From positions 38,132,001 through 38,196,000 of the forward strand of contig NC_045696.1 in assembly GCF_009834535.1 (NCBI RefSeq): 64,000 nt of DNA, given 5' to 3'. Positions 51,641 to 64,000 of this stretch are shown here, piece after piece. The notes under the pieces are model-generated. The model did not search any database. It was not told where the DNA came from and saw nothing but the letters and a program-made list of their open reading frames with translations. How positions within the stretch are numbered: the first letter of the stretch is position 1; every line of letters starts with the position of its first letter. This DNA comes from Camelus ferus. Its lineage: Eukaryota. Made by a program: the position numbers and the translations under genes.

Positions 51641-54600
51641 ATAGATTTATTTTAGATAATATATAACCTTAATATTTATTTAAAATTGTACATATTCTCT
51701 ATAAACAAGAACATTTCTTATTTTTTTCCAATGGATAAAAACACTCAAAAATAAGCATGAATATACTTCCCATTTCTTTTATATTTCAAACCATGATCCT
51801 AAATAAATTAAGAACAAGCAAAAGAATAGTGACTGACTGTATATTAATGCTAATCTAAGTCAACCTAGTGCTTATGTTTGCTTTTTTCCGATTTAAAAAT
51901 TTTTTTTCTGAAAAGAGCAAATACAATTGAATTCCAAATGCTATGAACCTCATCATACTTCTATACCATGAACCATAAATGGAATTTAACACTGAAATAA
52001 TAGAGGAGTCTCACATGGACTCTGTAGTGGAGTTTAGTTCCCCAAATAGCAAAAGACCATTTTCATAACAGTTCAGAATAGGCACAATATGTAATAATAA
52101 TTATTCATATATCACACTTAAAGTTCTAATGACACAAGTATTTAATAATCTGTAACAAACGGAAAAATGGCTCCTATATACATTTTTACAGTTGAAAAAT
52201 GTAACTATTAAATTATCTTCTATGAAAAAAAGCTAATAAAAATAAATTTGACCTAAAAGATAAACATCGTTAGTATTTAAACACAAATTATTTAGCAATT
52301 TTTTTCGTAGAGATGTAAAGGAAACATGCTCTGCTTTTTAGATTTCTCGAGGTCCTTGGGAAAAGTGGATATGTGTTTCAAAGTCAGGCAGGAATATGAA
52401 GAACCATATGCTGATTGTCAAATGATTAGTATAAGTGAGTTATACAGAAATTACAATCATCAAATAATTATAAGGTAATATTGGAAAAATTTTATATTCC
52501 GTGTAAACATTTTAACAGCCATGGTAAATAAACACACTATGACTAAAATGATTTAGAATCCCTAACATAAAAGGTAAATATTAGGCATATTAAGTTTTTG
52601 TTGTTAAAGCTCACTTGGAAATATAATGTGATGTCACTCAAGGCTTGTTCTTTTATTTTTTAAATCAAGTTTAACATATATTTTAAAAAATAACAGAACT
52701 TCAAAGGTGCAGACATGGGACCTGATTTCAAACTAAACTGAAATATTATAGGACACATGTTTATAAAAAGAACTTTACGTACAAAATCCATCTTAAGAGA
52801 TCATTAAGGAATCATTTCTCTTTATCTGACACTTAATCTATCTCCAATTTGATTGTAGTAAAAGAAGGTTTTGCATTATTTATATCAAAATAAGTGAAAT
52901 GTTTAAATGAGAATGGCTATTAATATGGATAATACTATTTATAAAATTAACATTTAAATATTTGACATACCAATGTATTTTTATTGCAAAAGCTAGCTTT
53001 GCCTTTTCCTGAAGTGAGGAAAAAGTATCTTAATGCAAATTTAATACAAGACAAAATACGAAGTCTGTTTTGATAAGTTAATTTAAATACTTGAATAGAC
53101 ATTAGTGGCAATAGTCCTGTGACACTGATATCTTATTTATTATAATGGATTTTTTTAAAAGATAGTTCACTTCTATTATTAGTTGTTCCCCATTGGATAC
53201 TTAGAACATGATCTTAAATGATATTTATTATAATTCAATGAAAACAAAGTTGCTTTGATAAAGCTGGGCATTTTGGGGCATGAAAGATAAATGATAATAT
53301 GTTACTAGTAAAATTAAAATAAATTTAAATATATCATTTAAAAATGTCTCTGCATAATTTAGTTTGTTATTTTTTGTGGATACCTGATGCTACACAGACT
53401 ATTTAGTACATTTTATTTTAAAAAATGCAAGTTACTTGAATCTAGTAGAATTATTTGGCTGTTGTGCATAACCTTTAGTATTGTATTTGGTATTAGTAAA
53501 AGTTCATGCACTAGCTTTCACAGGATGAATCAATCCATACCAAGAGTAAGTTTACCTCAAGCAAAAGTGGTGACTGTAGAGATTCAGACCTTAGAGGGTG
53601 AGGGTGTGAGTCCTCTCCTCTTACGTAACTGTAATAATTTGAAACTCCATTATGGGATAACATAGAATGGTTTGTATGTTTTGATTGGAATGATTTGTAT
53701 GTCTGTGCCCTTCAATACAATATTAACTTTTGATGGTTAGGAACTAAATCCAAATAATCCTTGTACCTTGCCCTTAATGCTCAGCACAAATGCACATGAA
53801 AATCTGGCTTGGTAGGTGGTTACTGAATTTAAAAAGCACTAGAGAGAATGTTCTCATTGAATTACAGATACATATACTCACAATACATATTATATGTATA
53901 AGACATATATATGGTATATGACATGTTTTTTTCTTTTACTATAAAATCCTATACAACACAAGAACAAAATGCAATATCACAGCAGCAAACCACAGTATGG
54001 CTTATGTAGCCTCAAGCTGATTTTTATTTCTGTGAGGTTTTTTTAAGACTTGATAGGCTAACAATAAAGTATCCAGTATTGTTTTGAATATCTTCTTCCA
54101 GAAAAATATTACCTACCTTCTAATATCAAAGACATTTTCTGGAGTAAATAATGTGTGTGTTTTCCCCTGATTACATCTTTTCTTAAAGCAAAGGGCCTCA
54201 AATTAACTATGTATTTCACTTTGTGAATTTTTTTTCACTTTAGCTTTCTGCATGCTAAAATATACAATTAATATTTTATATTTATATTTATATTTTAAAG
54301 TTGATGAAATGACAACAACTCTGCAACATCTGTCTATATTTTATATTAACAAAAAAGACTTAGATAATTGTACCTATTCAAAGTACTACACTAATATTTT
54401 AAGACCTGATGTTTTGACATACTTGAAGATCAATATTCTTTATATTTATGCCACTTTTACCTTAACTTTAGAGAACACAAATTACAGATATAAATGGATT
54501 AATTTACTCTATCAAAATAAAATACTTTCTCACACCTTGAAACGTGCTCAGTATACATTGAAATATAATTTTTTTTTCTTCAAAGGCATTAATTGCAGGT

Positions 54601-57079
54601 TAAGTCTCTCCTTTAATCATTTTAAAAAGCAAATAATATTTGTGAACTCCATCATTTCTACTATAAATGAAATCTTAGACTAGTTTTTAGTGTCATATAT
54701 TCTTTATTTAATAAAAATGTAATCATTCTTACCTTAATCCAGACCACATACATCACAAAGAATAATGGTCTGAGAGAAAACAAAAGAATTTTGAACAATA
54801 CAGTACTGAAAAATGAGACATGCATGCTTTTCTGAATACAGGTATGATTCAAACAGACAAGTGCAGATAAATCTACATGAATATTGCATCTGGTTCATTG
54901 AGTGGCTTACAATTTTGAAACTGTCACATGTCAGCAAATGTATCAGCCCTGCTGGAAAATCAAAACGGAAGAACATTTCTGTTAAGTTCAATTGTTTCTA
55001 GTTCACATAAGCTAACCATGACTATATTTTAAATAAAAAGTTACCTTTTAAAAACAAATTATTTTTATTCACACCAGCATTAACTCTTCTCTGAGTGAAG
55101 AGAACTGAGCATATAACATGAGCTCAAAAGTATTTTAGAATGAATATGCATATATGCATTTTGTATGAATATATGTGTATATATAAATTTATTTTTATAT
55201 ATTTATTGGATAGCACAAATGGTCAAATGGTTATGGTAATTTTTTTTAAAACCATATTTTGAAATTGATTATGTCAAACCCTTGGAATATAAGTCTAGGC
55301 AAAGGTCGTGATAATTACATTTCAATTTATCTTCTTCAAGATGAATTTTTACTTAAGAGGTCTTCTAGACATGCAATAAACAGTGCCTAAACATATAAGC
55401 ATGTTTTATTTTAATATTTGGAAAAATCTTGTAATTATTTGTTTTCTTAAAAACCAAAATCAGAATATGACTTTCAATTATTTGACCAGGTAATTAATAT
55501 GTCTTGACTATGACTTATTTAAACAAACAAAATTTGTGACTTTGTAGGTGAATTTGTAGGTAGGGGTAAGGGTAGAAACCCAGTTTAATCAAGCTGTTAT
55601 TGTTACTCTGAAGCAAATAACAGTGTATGCTTCAGATACTGTGCCACGATTTGGAAATAAGTGAGAATTGTTGAGAAGAATCTTAGCTTTTCTTTTTTAC
55701 TCTTACGTTTTTCCCTCCTTCCTTCCTTCCTTCTATTAGAGCCATTCCCTTCTAACCTAATTTTTGAAAGAATCTTATTGCTGTTCTATTTACAATATAG
55801 TCTCTAAGATGTAATAGTGAAGGACAATATTAGAATTTAGGTTAAAACTTTGATACTAAAATATTTTTATTCTACATTACTTTTTGGAAATAATTTCTTT
55901 TTAGTGGTGTTCCATTAAAAAAAGAAACAAAACTCCTTGCAAGTCTAGTTAATTTAAAAACTAGAAGCTTAGAAATAGATTAACATAGCTTACATTTCTA
56001 AGTTAACAGATCGTATTATAGATTCCTTCAGTTTATCAGAATATAGTATATTTTAGGCATTTATAAGGAGTGTCTTCTTTGGACAGAATTTTCCCCTTAG
56101 TGAGCTGTTAATGAAATCTATCAAACTATTCACTGTAAGTGAATTTAAACATTTAAACATAAGAAATTCAAATTTAATTATAAAAAGGTCATGAAAATAT
56201 ACTGTTTGACAGTAAATAAAAAGATTATCTTGAATCAAAACATAAGGATACTGAATCACCACTTTCAAGGACATTATTTATTTCGAAATAATGATTTATA
56301 TTGTAATGTAGCTTTTCTAATTTTACAGCTTGTAAATTGTAAACTGAGTTTGTTAAATCATATTACAAATGATATTGAGTGTCAGTATCAGGAAGAGTGA
56401 TAAAATCAGCAGCAAAATCAGACTTTACTCCTTTAAGTACCAATATATAAAAATCTATATTTGGTTCTCTTCATAAGTGATTTATTTGCATATATTTAAA
56501 TTGGCGTTGGACACCTTTAAAGAGAGGCAGAGTTTGAATTCATAATGAGAATGAAAGTATAGTCACCAATGGGAAACCTTCCTCACAGTCTCAGAATCAC
56601 TTGCAATTCACATTTCTGTCCTTGCAGCGGAATTAGACGTGGCGCATCTTTTGCCCTCCTTCTCTTTGCCTCCAATTGACTGTACAACAATTAACTGAAA
56701 CCACTTCAACTGTACGTGACACAAACACAGCCGCGCGGAAACGCGTTGAGTAGAAGGGTGCTTTCTCTTCCAGAATTCTGTAAGCGTCGACCGCTGACCC
56801 TTTGCTCCTTCATCCACTAACTCTCCCAAATTCTGCCACTGTGCCTCCCCCCCCCCCGCCCTCTGAAAGGAAAATATCGTCCATCCTACGTAATTCCACA
56901 GCTCTCTCTTCTCAGCTCACTTTCCTCCATTGCCATAAATATTTCTTCAAAACATTCTGATGAGTTTTGAGTTGGGCTTTTGGAAATCACTCGACTGTGA
57001 TACCCCAAGTCCCTTCAAGAAAGAAAATAATAATGATGATGATGGCGATGATTAACAGTGAATAGAGTATTACAGAACC

Positions 57080-59420
57080 CCCACACCAGCGATTTGGGCT
57101 CCTCGGCGCGCCCTTCACAAACGCATTAAGTTTGGCCTGAGAGCATTCCTCCTTCCTTGTAGTTCCTTGCATGGTAAGCCGCTTCACTTGCAAGCAGTGG
57201 AGGCATTTTTGTTGTCGACTAACCCCCTCTAGCGCCGGACTGGTAGCATCCGAGCCGCGGCTGCCAGGCGGGCTGAGCGTCTGGGTGGCGGAGCTTAGCT
57301 GCCCTCCGGCTCCGTCCCTGCCCACAATGCCCTCCTCGACCGCGGGGCGAGAGCCTCAGGGCCACGGGCGCCGGGCCCCTCCCTGTTAGTCCCGCGTGTT
57401 GCCCCTCCGCCCCGCTCCCGGGCGAGGGCCGCGTGATCCCACCAAGCAGCCGGCGCCGCGGCTTCCCAACCGACCCGAGCGCTGGGAGTGAGTGGGTGCC
57501 GCGAGGGGGCGGCTTGCACGGAGAGAGCGGTCCGCTCGCAGGCACTCGGCGCCGCTGTGGATGTGGCCAAGCGCCGCTCAGCCCTTGGGCTGCTCTGAGC
57601 GCGGGGTCCGATGCCAGCACACCGCGGGCGCTCCGGACCCCGGGAATCCCAGCGCCCACATCTGCGACAATGCTCGTGACCTCCACTGCGAAGTCGCGGC
57701 CGCACGGCGACGAGAAGACCTCAGTGAGCCGTGGTGCCAGGCACCCGCCCTTGTCGGGCCTGATGTGACTCTCCTTTGCTGCTTGCTCCCTTCCTTCGCT
57801 TTCTTAGGACTCGAAGCAGCGGAGGCGGCCGCAAAGCTGAGGCTCTCGCCCTACTGGGCAAGTTTAGGCGACCCGCGCTGAGGAGCGGGCAGGCTGGTCT
57901 GCCACGGCCAAGCTCACCCAGGACCCGGAGCGCTTGCCCACAGCACTCGCCCCCTCCGGCGGCGGAAATGTGAAGTCGGGGGATAGCCGTGTTGGGTGCT
58001 GACTAGCCCTGAAACGCAGGACGCTGCTGCCGCGAAATGGGGAGCAAAGTGCTTGGGGTACTCAGTGCGGCCTCAGAGATGCCGGGAAAGCGGCTGCCGA
58101 GGCGCAGCGCAGACGCGGCCGAGTTGGAGGTGTTCGCTCTGCGGGCCGCTGCCGTCGCCACCTAGGAGAGCGGCTGAAGGCGCAGCTCCACATCTCTCCC
58201 GGGCCGCTCGCGGCTTCCCGTAGCCGCCTCACTTGCTGGGCTTTCGCCGCACCGGCGGGAGGAAAGTTCCCGCGGCCCTCGCCCCTCGCCTCTCTTCATA
58301 GCTGCTGCGCCTCTCCTGCTCCTGGCTCTGCAAGTGCCCACTTCAGTCCAGAGAGGCGCTCGGGCCGCGGGAGCTGCTAGCCGCACCTGGTCGTCCCTCC
58401 CCCCTACCCGCCGCGAGCGGCCGCCCCCGCCCCTCGCTCCCCTCCCCCAAACCACAGCCCGAGCTCGCTCCTGCGCGCGCGCTCTCCCGGGCCCAAGTGA
58501 ATAGTCCTCGCGCGAGCGGGACGCGGTGGTGGATGCAATTCCGCTCGCCTACAGCCGTCAGGAGGTCCCTGGCGCCGCAGGCAGCGTCCTCCTCCGAAGC
58601 AGCTGCGCCTGCACCTTGGCAGCCTGGACCTTCGTGCCCTGCCCCCGGGGCCTCGCGCGGGGGGCGCCCCGGGTCACCCCCTGTGGGCCGGGTGGAGGAG
58701 GAAGAGGAGGAGGAAGAAGACGTGGACTGGGACCCCTACCCTACGCAGAACACCTGGCTGCGCTGCTGCCACTTCTCTTTAAGGGGGAGGAGAAGAGAGC
58801 CGAGGAGAGCCATGGGGGGCTGCGAAGTCCGGGAATTTCTTTTGCAGTTTGGTTTCTTCTTGCCTCTGCTGACAGCTTGGCCGGTCGACTGCAGTCACGT
58901 CTCCAACAACCAAGGTAAGGGACGGGGGCAGAGGAGCGGGGGAAGGCGGGAGGAGGCGGGTGCTCTGAGGACCGGTGCCTTGGTAGTCTCCTGAGGTAAC
59001 TTCGTCCCGGAGTCGGCTTCTCCAGCCTCCCCACACGAGGGGGTCGAGAATGTTCCCTCACCAGATCGCCGTGTCCCCCATCGCCCGGGACCCGCTGTCG
59101 CACGAGCTGTGGTCCCTTCTGCTAACAAATGTCTTTAAACGGGTTGGTGAGCATCAGCAGCAGTTGGGTCCCCCCACTGTTGGCGGCGGGACCGCTCCCG
59201 GCTGTGCGGTCTCCACAGGAGGTCAGGCTCGGTGGCACAGGCTTAATGGAGACTTCTGGCTCTTTGCGGTCGCTCACAGAACGGTAACGTGTAGGTTCTC
59301 CCACATGCTTTCAGGAAAGCGGATCGTTCCCTTGTAGCCGTCCGTAAACTAAGCCGCCCTCGCCTAGCTGCAACCGATTTACCCCATTCGAACCGAGTGT
59401 AGACGTCTTGGAAATTATCG
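57080..59420. promoter_or_regulatory. EPHA6: CpG island spanning the EPHA6 promoter, exon 1 and intron 1 start
   Basis: Abrupt switch to GC- and CpG-rich sequence with GC boxes (CCGCCC at ~57406 and ~58420-58432). No obvious TATA box. The TSS cannot be determined from sequence. Confidence 0.92.
58533..58914 (+). CDS. EPHA6: Ephrin type-A receptor 6, coding exon 1 (long N-terminus; in-frame ATG 58812 starts the signal-peptide form)
   Basis: Translation MQFRSP...EEEEEEEEDVD...MGGCEVREFLLQFGFFLPLLTAWPVDCSHVSNNQ matches the EphA6 N-terminus as I recall it. Strong donor CAAG|GTAAGG after 58914 gives a phase-1, 382-nt coding exon. Confidence 0.95.
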
Positions 59421-62400
59421 TAGACCAGATGCCCGGAGAGGGTGGGGGGATAAGCATTAGGTGTGAATTTGTAAGTTGTGGATATCCTATTCATAAAGTC
59501 GAGTCAGTGACAAATTTTTGGGGTGAAGACTTTGTTTCTGTGAAGTGGTAAAGTGAAGATGAATGGCGTGTGAACAGTGAAAGTCACGCTTAGCAAATGG
59601 AAAGCACTGAGAATTTTTAAACATTTTCTTTCTTTCTAGTCAACCGTATTTATGAGACATATCTCATTGGATTTCTGCTATGAATATCTGAGAATCTATA
59701 AAAAAAATCACCTGCATAATCTAAATCCTCTTAGACTAACCAGTGAACGACCGTAAAAGTTTTCCAGCATGTACCTGGCTGGATGCACTCATTGGCACTG
59801 TGATGACCACCAGTATGTCACCTGTTTTGTCACATTTTTACAAACATTTCACATATAAAATTTCAATTATAGTTACCATTCAACATATAAGACCTCAGAA
59901 TAGTTTACAAATATAAAAATGGAGGTCAAATGATGTGAAATTGTGCACATTCTTTGTGAGGGTGAGAAGGCAAGTAAAACAACACAGCTTTCTTTTTTAT
60001 TATGAACATATATGACCACTTTATTTTATCGGAAATAGAATTATTCAGAATCAATATTCAGTTGTTTTCATTTATACAACTGGTACTTTTGACATGTTTT
60101 CCTAATTTTTTTTGACCTGCTAGATTGCAATCACAAATGCATATGTAAATTTGGAAGTGATACAGAACCATCATGCCTTTGAAGATGTATTATAAGTGCC
60201 ACCTATAGTGCCATACTCCCCTATGGTGGTGTATACCTTCACACACTTCCCTTATTTATTTTCAAGGACTATTGACATTAAGTATCAAAGGGGTAGTTAT
60301 TTAATCTACTGCTGAAAATAGGATTGTTAAAAATAACATGTAATTATGTACTTGGCCTTTTTATTGTAAGGAGAAACAATTTTTAATAATTGTAAAGTCG
60401 GACATTTATATTGTACTATATGTTTGTATTTAGTGCTACTAAAGAGATGTGTGCTTTGAGAGTCAGGTTTACTAGAAACATCTTAACAGTTATTTCCATG
60501 CAATCATTTCCCTAAGTCAATATTTATTTTTTCAATAAGTGTCTACCACCATACACCAGTAACCATCCTAGGCCCTGAGGATACTAACATGAGTAAAACT
60601 CAATTCAGAATCTTCACATGACTAAAGTGCCATTCTACCTAAATGTGTCAAGTGTTAAAATATGACCTTTCAGATACGCAAGTTAAATTTAAGGGCATAG
60701 AGGAGTTATTTGTTAACCTCTTACAGTAATTTTTATTTGTTTGTCTATTTTAATGGCTTGCCCATACTTTTTAAAGACATTTTACCTAAAATATTTACCA
60801 ATTATATGTAATTTATGTGTGTTTTTATAAATTAGCATAACTTACTGTTAGTGAATGTGTATTACTCAGTTTATTTTATAGTTGTATAGGATCATTAGAC
60901 TTAGTCTACTAAAACTCAAATTTGTATTAAAAACACAAGCTATCCTTTACACTTGGCTAATGTAGTACCTAAAGTCTAAGTTGGGTAAAATTTAAAGGAG
61001 TTCTTCAACGGAAGACTGTGGAGAAAATATGTTCATATTTTTTCATCAGACACAAATGATTACTTATAAAATGGTTTTTGTAGCCTAAAATCAGTGATTA
61101 GAAATTATGATTTATAATACCTTGGGATAATTTTTGACTACTGAAGTCATCCCGATAATAGTTAATAAAATGTGGAACTTCAAAATGTTATTCTTTTGAA
61201 CATTCAGGGGATTTTTTCTTATTTATAGTTTCATAAATAGGTGACATGCGTCAATGTATCTTACCAATCTTTAAACGTTGAAAACATAAAGCATTAGAGA
61301 ATTATTGTGGTACATATACAATAAAGAAATATTAACTATAAATCAGATTTCTTATACACATAATAAATATAAGTAATTGGATTAATATTAATTTTAAGGA
61401 GATAGTATTCATTTTCCTAGTAACTTCATCCTAAGAGCTAATGGAATTTGTATTTTATTTTAAAAATTTGTTACGGAGGGCAAAATTTCAGTTTTATGTA
61501 ACTTCCCTTCTAATTAAGGATATTCACAATGTAAACTTTTTAATGTTATTTATTTTTACCAGATTATATAAAATCTTTCGTGGTTGAATGAAGGAATCAT
61601 CCTTTTCCCCCTTCCTAGTTTTCTATAGGTAGGCAGGGTAAAATGGTGATAATGATAGAAAAATGAACTACCTAAATTTTAACATGGTGCTTAACATGGT
61701 GCTAAGAGTAACATGAGTCTAGAAAGCATCTCTTGTCTTGATGTTTATCTAGCTGTGAAGCTCTACACTATAAAGACAAAATAAATCAATGTGACTCTTC
61801 CTATTACCCAAACCTCCTTGAATCGATCAGAATGTAGAGTTGCTTCCTAGATCATTTCATCTGATTAAGTAAGTGAAAGCATGATTTGTACTCAGATTTC
61901 TCTTATTCCATTAATTTTCCCTCTATTTAAAACCACAGTATTTGGTGTTGGTAATTTTTATTAAAAATAGCAGATTTCTGTACTAGTAGGATACTTAGGT
62001 GAGTATAAAATACAATCTTGTTTCATATTTAAGTAACCATGTGTAACCATGTGTATTGATTACAGTGGTTAGTAGCCCCCAAGAATCCATTAATTCAGAT
62101 TACTCTGCTTTCTCCTAAAAAGAGTTGATGCATCTCTTAGGGTGTGACTCCAAAAATAATCAATCAGATACTCAAATAATTTATTAGATCAAAATATGGT
62201 TTGGATGCAAGATTCTAGTGAGTTCATTTTCTACGAAGATTGTGTGAATTGATTCCCCTCTCTCCCACCAGCCTAGGCAGTTCAGTGACAGATGAAGTAA
62301 ACAAGGGAAACAGTAGTCTGACTCTTTAGTTTTATTGAATTTATTAATTTGAATGAATTGAGTTTAAATGCACTAAGTTGTATGTAAATACAGGTGAACA

Positions 62401-64000
62401 TACCTGAGCAGAAAAAATCTGCTTATTTAAATTCATAGCCTAAAATTAGTTGAACTGCCATAAATATTGTTCACAAACTATAAAACTGAATATTCTTATA
62501 GAAAGAGAGTAATTGAAATGTTTTTGAAAAGTTTGAGTGAACTTTACTGAAAATATTAACATTTTTGTTAAATAAGGAAAACTGAATGATTTCCAAAGAA
62601 TATTGCTAAAGGAACTTTCACTTAGGTAAAATTCATTTTCAGGGATAAACTGTAGTTGTAAAGGTGTAGGAGATTGTAATCACATGCCTTCTTGTTGACC
62701 ATAATTATAAAAACAAACTAGGATGTAATTTTATTATATATTTACAAATTGAAATGTCATTGTGCAATTAGTTATCATGATTAGTATTTAAAATAGAAAT
62801 ACAAAATGTCATTGATATGCATTGAACATCTAAATGTTTTTTGCTCTGGGTTTGGGTTAAGACTATATCTAAAAACTTTTTCTTACATAAAAATTATACA
62901 CTCTTCTTTAAGGATCTCTTCTTCAAACTAGAAGTGACATGAATAAAACAGTTTTATTTGGATTTTCCTAAGGGGGAAAATATATATCTAATGGCATAAG
63001 ACAGAATGGCTAAATTACATCTTCTATTATTTTTTATATTTTCAAATTTTCCTATAAGGAACTTATATTACTTTTATGTTACAAAATGAAATATTAAGAA
63101 AATATTAGAGTAGAAATTATTTCTTTTCTTCACCAATCATTGCTAGTAGAAATAAACGAAGTACTAAAGACATCATAGATTTCTTGTATTTCTTTCCACC
63201 AATCCTCTTTCCCTATCACAGGCACCATGTATCAATCATCTCTTTCTTCTGTCTTCACGCATACAAGTACTTCTGACTACATACTCCATTTGTCCCAAAT
63301 GGTGAGAGAATAGATTTTATTTCACACTGTATATCAGTCAACCAAACCCCAAAAGTAATAGAAATTTCTTCATTGTGGTCTTGAGTCAACATTTCTTGGG
63401 AGTATAAATATGGTGGAAATCAATAGGTATAGTTAAATAATCAAAATGGGTTAACTTTGTCCACTGTACTTTGTTAGTCATCTAATCAAACTAAACTTGT
63501 ATGGAAGGATTAAATTGTTTATACTGTACAGCATTTTTTTAAATAAAAATTATGCTGTATATATCATATATATATAAATTGGACAACATAATGTGAGATA
63601 CTGTATCTTTAAGGTTCTGATCAACTTGAAATTTCATTAGACTAGCATCTTTAAAAAAAGAAATTATATTACCTCTGATTTTGCCTTATTTTATTGAGTA
63701 TTTTGTTTTAGATTTTAATATTTAGATGATGGAGGAAAAAGGATAAATAAGGCAAACTTTATGCCCTCTTGGAATGTATTTTCTAGTAAGGGAGAGTGGC
63801 AAAAGAAAAAAAAAGTAAGTAAGTAAAATGCTATGCTATACAGGAAACAGTAAAGGCACTGAGATAGAGAATAATAGGAAGGGCATGCTATTTTAAATGT
63901 GATGGTTGGAAGGGCCTATCTGGGAGGTTACATGTAAGCCACATTCACAGGGAAGAGAAAGAGCTAATTGTACATAATGGGAAGAAGTTCAGTCTAGGTA
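58915..64000 (+). other. EPHA6: EPHA6 intron 1 (partial), with L2 remnants near 60520-60620 and 63780-64000
   Basis: Begins GTAAGG. I did not find exon 2 (V.LLDT...) within the window. Confidence 0.85.

Noticed and set aside
54252..54683. 143-aa ORF
   Set aside because: AT-rich, I/L/Y/K/N-biased translation with no homology or splice support that I can see.
57985..58005. REST/NRSE site
   Set aside because: Only the TCAGCACC half-site is present (minus strand), with no GGACAG half nearby.
56987..58455. Many overlapping 65-155 aa ORFs on both strands
   Set aside because: Expected from stop-codon scarcity in a CpG island. The translations are low-complexity Arg/Pro/Gly/Ala with no recognisable domain.
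58497..58994. 165-aa ORF as a single-exon protein
   Set aside because: The track starts at a GTG and reads through the strong splice donor at 58914/58915. Only 58533-58914 is supported as coding.
61680..62055. Short tandem microduplications (AACATGGTGCT x2, GTAACCATGT x2; similar ones at ~1368 and ~20922)
   Set aside because: Ordinary slippage-type duplications with no higher-order pattern.

Overview
AT-rich, repeat-dense mammalian genomic DNA. The host is probably a camelid, inferred from two tRNA-derived SINEs that resemble the camelid Vic-1 family. The only host gene I can support is the CpG-island promoter and first coding exon of EPHA6 (+ strand, ATG 58533, splice donor after 58914), followed by the start of intron 1. 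The ~57 kb upstream is intergenic and made of decayed transposons. These include a minus-strand ERVL provirus (~9.8-17.6 kb) with nested insertions, a heavily deleted gammaretrovirus-like ERV (11373-13799) whose 3' LTR is unexpectedly CpG-rich, two inverted solo LTRs of one family with perfect 4-bp TSDs, and many L1, L2, MIR and MaLR fragments. Nearly all other ORFs in the track are spurious or transposon-derived. I found no convincing new multi-gene system. The best leads are regulatory: the CpG-retaining LTR, the dual-start EPHA6 N-terminus, a forkhead-motif cluster and candidate CTCF sites. Repeat subfamily names are recognised from memory, and repeat boundaries without TSDs are approximate.
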